IMG/VR virus record: IMGVR_UViG_3300045125_000140
Coordinates: 1-64,000 of that record
Direction: 5' to 3' (one strand)
Source of the DNA: a virus
Length of the DNA stretch: 64,000 bases
A program made the position numbers and the translations under genes. Shown here piece by piece: positions 58,051 to 64,000 of this stretch. The notes under the pieces were generated by a model. It saw only the letters and a list, made by a program, of their open reading frames with translations, ran no database searches and was not told the DNA's origin. Position 1 is the first letter of the stretch. The number at the start of each line of letters is the position of its first letter.

Positions 58051-58461
58051 TCAATCGGGGTCGGTTTCGTCATTCAGCGGGTCGTCTATAATATCGCCCG
58101 GCAAAACCTCAGTAATTGCCGTAACCATATCCAGCCTGAAGCACTGGTAGAATGGGTACTTTATTTCGTAGAACTTCGGCGTGACTTCTTGGTCTTCGGT
58201 GAGCTCGAATTTTTTGACGACGGCGGGGAGTCCTTTGCAGACGACGACGGCCGTTTGCGTGTCCGAGAAGTAGACTTTGTAGACGCGGCAGCCTTCCCAC
58301 TCGCGGGCGGTTTCAGCCTTGGCAAACTCACGGAAGAAGTCCCGGACGCTCCCTGCTTGTACGCCTCCAGTAATTGAACGCCGGTTTCTGTCGGTAGTAC
58401 CTGGATCTTCCTCGTCTTCGGCCATAGGATCGCCATATAATCGGGATTTAAATTCTCCCAC
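58051..58461 (-). CDS. Hypothetical protein overlapping the phosphoesterase 3' end
   Basis: Globular-looking sequence WEGCRVYKVYFSD...FYQCFRLDMV; start uncertain. Confidence 0.5.
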   Translation of the reverse strand: MGEFKSRLYGDPMAEDEEDPGTTDRNRRSITGGVQAGSVRDFFREFAKAETAREWEGCRVYKVYFSDTQTAVVVCKGLPAVVKKFELTEDQEVTPKFYEIKYPFYQCFRLDMVTAITEVLPGDIIDDPLNDETDPD

Positions 58462-59507
58462 GCAAAGCCCTGCTCTATTGCGTAGTCGTCGTACTCGCTT
58501 CTCTTAAAGGCGCCGACCTGGATACCCCAGCGCGTTTTGCCTTTAAGCATGCGCTCCTGTACGCCGGAGCGATGTGTGTGGCCTGCCACGATTATGTCCG
58601 AATCGAAATAATCGAACATATGGTGCTTCGATACGCCGTGGGCCGGATTCAGCTCGGAGCCGCCCTTGACCTTGTGGCGGAGAAGGATCCGATACGGGAC
58701 ATCTCCGACATTGACGGTTAGAAGCATCTCGAACGGGTGGTACGGGATCTTCTTCGACAGCTGAAGCATCACGGTGTCGAGGTGGGAGAACCCGGTCATG
58801 CGCCACGAGATCAGGTCGTGGTTACCGGCAACGACGCCCACGAGTCGGCCGGCTTTTACCACCTGCTCGAGCCAGTAGGTCGCGGCGAAGATTTCTTCGG
58901 GAACGTCGATCGGAGTCTTATGGCGCTCGACCATAACGTTGCGCCAGATCATGGAGTCGAGAACGTCTCCGATGGACGCGGTGTAGACGTCGATGTCCTT
59001 GCGGCTAAATACGTTAAGGAGGTATTCGAGTCTCGGGTAATCGGTCGAGGCCGACCCGATATGAATATCGCCGAGGAATACGATGCCGACAGGCCGATCG
59101 GTTTTGATATTGACCACGCGGCTTGACGACATTTCGACTTCGTCGACGCGCTTGGCGAATCGGTCCTTCAGCTTGCCCCAAGCCTCGAGCCCGCTAACTT
59201 CAATGGGCGCGTCGGATTCGGAGGTTTCGCTAAGCTTAATCAGGTCATCCTTTTTAGGCTCCTGTGTTTCAACCAAAGACACAGAGCTAAACGGCTTATT
59301 CTTTTCGAGACAGTCTTTAATGTTGACCCACGGAATTCCGAAGTTGGTGATTACGTACATCTCGCTCATCACCGGCATCCGTAAGTCTCTGAGTGCTTCT
59401 CTAACCGTATGAACTTTCAAGCTACCGTACCGCCGCATGCTAAGCTCGGCGGCTTTTCGGAACATATCCTCTACCTCGCTCAACGTGAACTTCATGTACT
59501 TGGTCAC
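58161..59507 (-). CDS. Calcineurin-like metallophosphoesterase
   Basis: GDIHIG, GDVLD, GNHD, RH and GHTH motifs. Confidence 0.9.
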   Translation of the reverse strand: MTKYMKFTLSEVEDMFRKAAELSMRRYGSLKVHTVREALRDLRMPVMSEMYVITNFGIPWVNIKDCLEKNKPFSSVSLVETQEPKKDDLIKLSETSESDAPIEVSGLEAWGKLKDRFAKRVDEVEMSSSRVVNIKTDRPVGIVFLGDIHIGSASTDYPRLEYLLNVFSRKDIDVYTASIGDVLDSMIWRNVMVERHKTPIDVPEEIFAATYWLEQVVKAGRLVGVVAGNHDLISWRMTGFSHLDTVMLQLSKKIPYHPFEMLLTVNVGDVPYRILLRHKVKGGSELNPAHGVSKHHMFDYFDSDIIVAGHTHRSGVQERMLKGKTRWGIQVGAFKRSEYDDYAIEQGFAWENLNPDYMAILWPKTRKIQVLPTETGVQLLEAYKQGASGTSSVSLPRLKPPASGKAAASTKSTSRTRKRPSSSAKDSPPSSKNSSSPKTKKSRRSSTK

Positions 59508-59743
59508 GCGTTCTCCTTGGGGATCTTTATGAGGATCTCGGCGTCAGGGATTGTTATCTCGCCAGTGAGATAGTTAGCCAGTAAATCCAGTGCCGCATTT
59601 TTAGCTCTTGTTTCTCGTGAACTGAGCGGCACCGAATCTGCGCACGATCCTCCAAAATTTACCGGAGAGAGGATGGTAAGAACCTCTAACGCCGTAGCTA
59701 CCTTTGAGGGTAGATCAGGACCGCGACTCTCGTGATTGAACAT
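59504..59743 (-). CDS. Hypothetical protein
   Basis: GGAGG RBS; stop overlaps the next start. Confidence 0.55.
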   Translation of the reverse strand: MFNHESRGPDLPSKVATALEVLTILSPVNFGGSCADSVPLSSRETRAKNAALDLLANYLTGEITIPDAEILIKIPKENA

Positions 59744-59818
59744 ACGAGTCCTCCGGACAGGCGAGCGCCCGCAGTTACAGTTTAACCGAACCGCGGGCAG
59801 CTAAGCAACAACTAATTC

Positions 59819-60013
59819 TTAGTCGTCGGAACTTTTGTTTTTCGGCGCTTTATCCATATCAGCGGATAAGCGCCATCCGAGGAAGAGGCCGGCCGGAAGG
59901 GACAGCATCGGCAAAACTTTAGCCCAGTCGACTTTTTTGAAGTCTGGTTTCATCTTGCTGAGCTCGCTGAAGAACCCGCGAGAGACTGGCTGCTGATCTT
60001 TACCGTCGAACAT
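59819..60013 (-). CDS. Leader-like small membrane protein
   Basis: RGFFSELSK then a hydrophobic segment. Confidence 0.6.
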   Translation of the reverse strand: MFDGKDQQPVSRGFFSELSKMKPDFKKVDWAKVLPMLSLPAGLFLGWRLSADMDKAPKNKSSDD

Positions 60014-60432
60014 CAGAGTAGATCAGGGTGCTTGGTCGGTACGTACACTTCGCGGATTACGAAGTTGTATCCACCGCCTGTCGCAGTGGCTGTAATGTAA
60101 ATTGGCTCATTTACTCCGGTAACAAACCACCCGTCCGGATTAAACGGGCAAACAAACATCGCGCTGCCTTTGTCTAAATGAATTCCAGGGATTGTTTTTG
60201 TCGCGCCGTTTGACGCGTTAGCTATCGTATATGATAAATCGCTACCAGTATTTGGATTTGGGGATAGATGATAAGCGACTATCGAGTAGTAGTGTCCGGC
60301 CTTAGCAGCCAAAACTAGGGTAGCCGTGTTTGCCGCCGCAATTGTCCCAGTAACACGGGTTGTTCCGACGAGAGTATCCGGGCCGTTAGCTATCGCCTGC
60401 GAAACTTGAAACGACTTAGAATTTGTAGACAT
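60013..60432 (-). CDS. Hypothetical beta-rich (possible decoration) protein
   Basis: 139 aa, T/A/G-rich. Confidence 0.55.
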   Translation of the reverse strand: MSTNSKSFQVSQAIANGPDTLVGTTRVTGTIAAANTATLVLAAKAGHYYSIVAYHLSPNPNTGSDLSYTIANASNGATKTIPGIHLDKGSAMFVCPFNPDGWFVTGVNEPIYITATATGGGYNFVIREVYVPTKHPDLL

Positions 60433-60435
60433 AGG

Positions 60436-60717
60436 TCACTTCCTCAGTAGGTGGTAAAGACCACCTAACCCTGCACCGATTAGGGCGCCTTTGATGGCGC
60501 GCTCTTGTTTTGATTTAGACTCGTCTCCGAGAAGGAGATTTGCGAGAGCGCCGGCTCCGCCAAACGTGGTCATGCGGCCCAACGCCGACGGGCCTGAGCT
60601 GCTGGGGAGATTTATAAGGATCTCCTGGGGAAGCTGGGGAGCCATCTGAGCTTCTTGTTCCGCCGAAAGGCCGCGAGATTGTTTCTTATCTTTCGACTTA
60701 TTCTTTCGGGAAACCAT
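60436..60717 (-). CDS. Gly-zipper small protein
   Basis: GALIGAGLGG. Confidence 0.6.
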   Translation of the reverse strand: MVSRKNKSKDKKQSRGLSAEQEAQMAPQLPQEILINLPSSSGPSALGRMTTFGGAGALANLLLGDESKSKQERAIKGALIGAGLGGLYHLLRK

Positions 60718-60740
60718 ATCGACGATGCGCTCTACGTCGT

Positions 60741-61211
60741 CTACCGAGAGGCCGCGCGACTCGCGCCGATCTTCTCTATCCGAGCCATACGATCTTTGGC
60801 GAGACCCGCCGCGTCCTGATCGGCCCCCAAAGTCACGGTCGGGCCCGGCATTTGATCGGCCGCCCGATCTTCTGCCGGAGTTCCCCCGGATTGGTTACCT
60901 GTACGGTAGGCCGGGCTAGAGATCGGAGGCAGCGGCATGGCCAGTTTGGAAAGAAGGGCGCCCATAAACGCCGCTTCGGCTTCCTTATGGTGCTCTTTTT
61001 CAAGACCTAGGTCCTCTGCTGCATCCTCGGGCACAGGCTTTTCGGATTCATACTCACGACGCTCCTTCTTAAGCCCATACTTTCGTTTAGCTTCGGGCGG
61101 AATCGGCTTAGACGCATGATATTCATGCGACGCCAATTTGTTCATGAAGGAGTTCGTAACAATATCTAGCATGTGCAGGGGGTCCCTAGGAATAGGATAG
61201 GCTGGGGGCAT
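60741..61211 (-). CDS. Leader-like protein with internal duplication
   Basis: NSFMNKLA and FMGALLSKLA flank a duplicated 22-aa unit. Confidence 0.6.
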   Translation of the reverse strand: MPPAYPIPRDPLHMLDIVTNSFMNKLASHEYHASKPIPPEAKRKYGLKKERREYESEKPVPEDAAEDLGLEKEHHKEAEAAFMGALLSKLAMPLPPISSPAYRTGNQSGGTPAEDRAADQMPGPTVTLGADQDAAGLAKDRMARIEKIGASRAASR

Positions 61212-61218
61212 AGATATT

Positions 61219-61254
61219 CAAAAATATGCCGAATATGCGGCATAAGAAGATTAG
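61219..61254 (+). promoter_or_regulatory. Phage promoter copy 6
   Basis: CAAA(61219)-N18-CATAAGAAGATTAG followed by hairpin AGCAGTA-ATT-TACTGCT. Confidence 0.7.
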
Positions 61255-61283
61255 AGCAGTAATTTACTGCTGAAAGGGGAGGT

Positions 61284-61595
61284 ATGAAGATCCTACTCGT
61301 TTACCAAGACGGGATCGAGAAGGTTAACTCGGCCCGCGTCTTTTTTATGGAGCCTTTTGGCCGCGAGGTCGAGGCTCCTAAAAAACGAGAGATGCGGGAG
61401 TACTCGGAAATGCTGCCGGACATCAAGTCGGCGGCGATGATCCAGTACGGCCGCGACCTTAAAACCAGCAAGGTGTGCTGGTCTCGCAAATTCAAGTGCT
61501 TGCTCTTGAAGGAGCACCGTGGATTTGATATCTTCATCGAGTTGCCCGGTTTCCGGGCGTGGCACGATCGGTGCCTCGATTCGATGGACACCTGA
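61284..61595 (+). CDS. Hypothetical protein
   Basis: GGGGAGGT RBS after the promoter. Confidence 0.7.
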   Translation: MKILLVYQDGIEKVNSARVFFMEPFGREVEAPKKREMREYSEMLPDIKSAAMIQYGRDLKTSKVCWSRKFKCLLLKEHRGFDIFIELPGFRAWHDRCLDSMDT

Positions 61596-61601
61596 AAAAG
61601 G

Positions 61602-61674
61602 AACTCCGTAGCTCAGTTGGTAGAGCAGCAGACTTTTAATCTGTTGGTCCTGGGTTCAACTCCCAGCGGAGTCA
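61602..61674 (+). tRNA. trnK: tRNA-Lys (anticodon TTT), no encoded CCA
   Basis: TAGCTCAGTTGGTAGAGC D arm, GCAGA-CTTTTAA-TCTGT anticodon arm, CTGGG-TTCAACT-CCCAG T arm. Confidence 0.9.
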
Positions 61675-61731
61675 TAGGGCGGCATTAAGCTTCTGGATTT
61701 TAGATCGTTTCTAAAGTCCTAATACCCTTGG

Positions 61732-62001
61732 TTGATGCCGCCCGTCAATATGGAACAGCAACAACCTCAAATAGTGCCCGCGCAAGCGTGGTACTTTATT
61801 CGAAACACCGTAGGAGTCGGCGCTACCTTAATAGGTCAGGCGTCGATGTTCGCCAATAATCAATCCATCAAGCAGATGGAGTCCGTGCTTCCTGGACTTA
61901 AGGAAGTAGTGATGAAGCTCGAGCAGCTTCTTAAATTCGCCAAGGAGGCGGATGAGCCGCAAGCTCAACAACCTCCCAGTGATACTGGGACGAAACCATA
62001 G
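61732..62001 (+). CDS. Hypothetical protein
   Basis: Open frame with plausible composition; start uncertain. Confidence 0.5.
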   Translation: MMPPVNMEQQQPQIVPAQAWYFIRNTVGVGATLIGQASMFANNQSIKQMESVLPGLKEVVMKLEQLLKFAKEADEPQAQQPPSDTGTKP

Positions 62002-62278
62002 TATTCCGTACTATGGGTTATTTCACTCAAGCTGTGTCGAGGGGAAGGACACAGAGTGGGAAAGAGCATTATCTAAGATGCTCCTAGATCAGGACGTCCA
62101 GATCGAGATAAATCCTGATCTACCGCTCGAGCCGGCGTTACTGGCTCTTTTCATCCCCGTCCGTGTGGCATGGGCTACCCACAAAAAACTGTGGATCCTG
62201 TGTCATAAGAAGAATAGTGGGAGAATTATTACCTTCGCTACGAAGGCTATAAGCGTCCCCACCATGTATCAGGTATAG
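61952..62278 (+). CDS. Hypothetical protein
   Basis: 108-aa ORF overlapping its neighbour; contains promoter copy 7. Confidence 0.4.
   Translation: MSRKLNNLPVILGRNHSIPYYGLFHSSCVEGKDTEWERALSKMLLDQDVQIEINPDLPLEPALLALFIPVRVAWATHKKLWILCHKKNSGRIITFATKAISVPTMYQV
62182..62217 (+). promoter_or_regulatory. Phage promoter copy 7, upstream of the sigma gene
   Basis: CAAA(62182)-N18-CATAAGAAGAATAG. Confidence 0.7.
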
Positions 62279-62285
62279 GAGGTAT

Positions 62286-62873
62286 ATGCCTGAATTGTTT
62301 AGTAAGAGGAGAGCGGAGCTGCAAAAAGAGCTCATGCTCAAAGTAAAGAATTCTGCGCCGGATGCGCAGGAAGCCGCGGCGCAGCTCTACATGGAGCTGA
62401 AGCGAGCGGTGGCCGGAAAAGCACTGTCCGTCAGTCGAAGGCTGACGCCGGTGCTGGACGACCTCATCCAAGAGGTATTTCTGCGGATGTTGGACCGCAG
62501 CAAGTTGTACGACCCTAAGTACAACGTGAACTCTTGGGTGATGAGAATCACCCGGAACATCTGCATCGATAAGATGCGGTATGAAAAGGTCCGGGAGACC
62601 GAGGTGCTCCAGGACAAACCGTCCGCAATCGTCGAGGCCTCGAATCAAATCGAAGCCGACGAACAACGAGCTCTAATCGAACTCGGACTGAAAAAGCTTC
62701 CGGAGACCCAGCAGCTGGTTCTTCGGAAGTATTACTTGGAAGGGGATAATCTTGAGGAGATTATCTCGAGCACCAAATTCAAGAAGGGGACCATAACCTG
62801 CGCCATGTCGCGCGGGATTAAGGCTCTCCGAGAGAACCCGAATATCGGGAAGCTAGCGCCAGAGGTTGACTAG
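62286..62873 (+). CDS. ECF-type RNA polymerase sigma factor
   Basis: Region 2 DDLIQEVFL...SWVMRITRNICIDKMR; region 4 LPETQQLVL..YYLEG..LEEI.......GTI...MSRG...LRE; AGGAGG RBS. Confidence 0.9.
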   Translation: MPELFSKRRAELQKELMLKVKNSAPDAQEAAAQLYMELKRAVAGKALSVSRRLTPVLDDLIQEVFLRMLDRSKLYDPKYNVNSWVMRITRNICIDKMRYEKVRETEVLQDKPSAIVEASNQIEADEQRALIELGLKKLPETQQLVLRKYYLEGDNLEEIISSTKFKKGTITCAMSRGIKALRENPNIGKLAPEVD

Positions 62874-62927
62874 CGTTGGGCGCGTTTGGACGACCGCAAT
62901 CCGTCCGAATGCGCCCTGAACCGATCC

Positions 62928-63000
62928 GCTTTCGTAGCCCAACGGCAGAGGCAGGAGACTTAAAATCTCCCAAGTGTGGGTTCGAGTCCCACCGAAAGCA
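62928..63000 (+). tRNA. trnL: tRNA-Leu (anticodon TAA), short variable loop, no encoded CCA
   Basis: GCTTTCG/CGAAAGC acceptor stem, GGAGA-CTTAAAA-TCTCC anticodon arm, GTGGG-TTCGAGT-CCCAC T arm. Confidence 0.9.
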
Positions 63001-63002
63001 TG

Positions 63003-63030
63003 GGCCGCACGATATACGTACGGCTTTTTT
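63003..63030 (+). terminator. Probable intrinsic terminator after tRNA-Leu
   Basis: GCCGCACG...CGTACGGC then T6. Confidence 0.55.
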
Positions 63031-63053
63031 ATCAAAGGAGTGAGACACTATTT

Positions 63054-63683
63054 ATGAAGTCTATTATCCATATCGAAAAGATCGAAGCTGAAGGTGTTGT
63101 GTTCCACAACATCAAAATCGAAATCGACAACATCAAGGCCCACCTCCCGGGACCGTGTCGTCCGAACCGGACTTCCACGTACCCGGGAGGTGGGCCTGCC
63201 GCAGAACCGGCCGCACCTCGCGACCGTCGAACGCTGAAAACGGCGTTGGCGGGTACGGGGCTCACCACTAAGCAGCTCGCCGATCTCTTCGGCGTATCTG
63301 TCTGGTCGATTCGGGCGTGGTGCTTGGGAGACAACCGCCCCAAGGACGAGAAGATCGCGAAAATCGCGCAACTTCTCGACATGACGCCGAAGGAGGTCTC
63401 GCGACTTCTTCCTCGACGTCGCCCGTCGCGTACTGCGGCGAAGCGCGTCATGCGAACCCGCAAGTCTCTCGGATACGCCATCGCGGCGTACCCGGATGGC
63501 CGGTTCGTGGCGAACGACGGCCACACGGCCGTGACGTTCACGGTTCGGAAGATGGGCCAGCGTACCGTTCTCGACCAAATCGAGACCGGTAAGGACAGCC
63601 CGCTTGGGAAGAAGATCGCGCGCGACGGCAAGATCAGCGGCTTCGGCCGCGTCTGCCAAGCGGCGCGACTGAACACTCTGTGA
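63054..63683 (+). CDS. XRE/Cro-type helix-turn-helix protein
   Basis: GLTTKQLADLFGVSVWSIRAWCLGDNRP....IAKIAQLL; AAGGAG RBS; the ORF-track start lies inside the tRNA. Confidence 0.8.
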   Translation: MKSIIHIEKIEAEGVVFHNIKIEIDNIKAHLPGPCRPNRTSTYPGGGPAAEPAAPRDRRTLKTALAGTGLTTKQLADLFGVSVWSIRAWCLGDNRPKDEKIAKIAQLLDMTPKEVSRLLPRRRPSRTAAKRVMRTRKSLGYAIAAYPDGRFVANDGHTAVTFTVRKMGQRTVLDQIETGKDSPLGKKIARDGKISGFGRVCQAARLNTL

Positions 63684-63717
63684 TCGACATCCTCAGAGCC
63701 CGACGGGGGCTGGTGAC

Positions 63718-63744
63718 TGTGGGTTCGAGTCCCACCGAAAGCAT
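63718..63744 (+). repeat. 27-bp direct repeat of the tRNA-Leu 3' end (att-like)
   Basis: TGTGGGTTCGAGTCCCACCGAAAGCAT identical to 62975-63001. Confidence 0.9.
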
Positions 63745-63749
63745 CAGTG

Positions 63750-64000
63750 GCTTCTATCTTGAGAGGATCGGGGCGAGCTAAGGATAAATATCCAAGGCTC
63801 GTTAACCCAAAACTCTCGAGGTTACTGCGGCGAGCTCGCCGCGGGGAAACAAATTCGGACCATAAAATCCCTAGAATGCCCTACCCTCGAGGATCGCTCG
63901 AGGATAGGGCGCCTTCGGAGGTCCCCCTCCGACCAGGCTCGAGGAGCTTACGGGTCCCTCTGCCCGCGCGCACGGCTATTCTGGCGTAACCGCCAGATCG
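63750..64000. ncRNA. Candidate structured ncRNA, truncated by the window edge
   Basis: Run of at least six stem-loops; ORF 63747..63989 is unconvincing. Confidence 0.4.

Noticed and set aside
17630-59800. Late-promoter motif (TATAAT/TAAACT in minus-strand gaps at about 17632, 34577, 48789, 51598, 59779)
   Set aside because: Hexamers are too short and lack a consistent upstream element; cannot be supported by eye.

Overview
The window looks like a 64-kb slice of a large, probably contractile-tailed (jumbo-type) bacteriophage genome. No capsid, portal, terminase, sheath or polymerase gene is recognisable here, so this assignment is an inference. (1) 1-32 kb, minus strand: a tail/baseplate module with an Ig/IPT-repeat fibre, three paralogous collar-domain fibres, a baseplate wedge and baseplate J. 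A thioredoxin-like gene and a SNF2-type helicase are embedded in it. (2) 33-38.5 kb and 46-61 kb, minus strand: about 30 mostly small genes, many starting with a shared peptide of consensus MNxFExGFFDELEKIA. This leader is fused to unrelated cargo (3D/MltA-like domain, HNH, DUF6321/DUF5872/DUF5661-like modules, Gly-zippers, and in weaker form the SNF2 helicase). Degenerate K-x-A/G copies also sit between modules. This is the best candidate for an undescribed system: a capsid-loading/protease-processing address tag. (3) 40.7-46 kb and 61.2-64 kb, plus strand: self-contained cassettes driven by a bipartite promoter (CAAA-N18-CAYAAGAA, 7 copies with identical spacing), mostly with 5' hairpins and intrinsic terminators. 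They carry a MoxR/RavA-like AAA + vWA pair, an ECF sigma factor, tRNA-Lys and tRNA-Leu, an HTH gene flanked by a 27-bp tRNA-3'-end duplication, and two highly structured candidate ncRNAs. A 10-bp-phased repeat tract lies at 41.62-41.80 kb. Many genes are broken by single frameshifts, probably sequencing indels. All family names come from motif recognition by eye; no searches were run.
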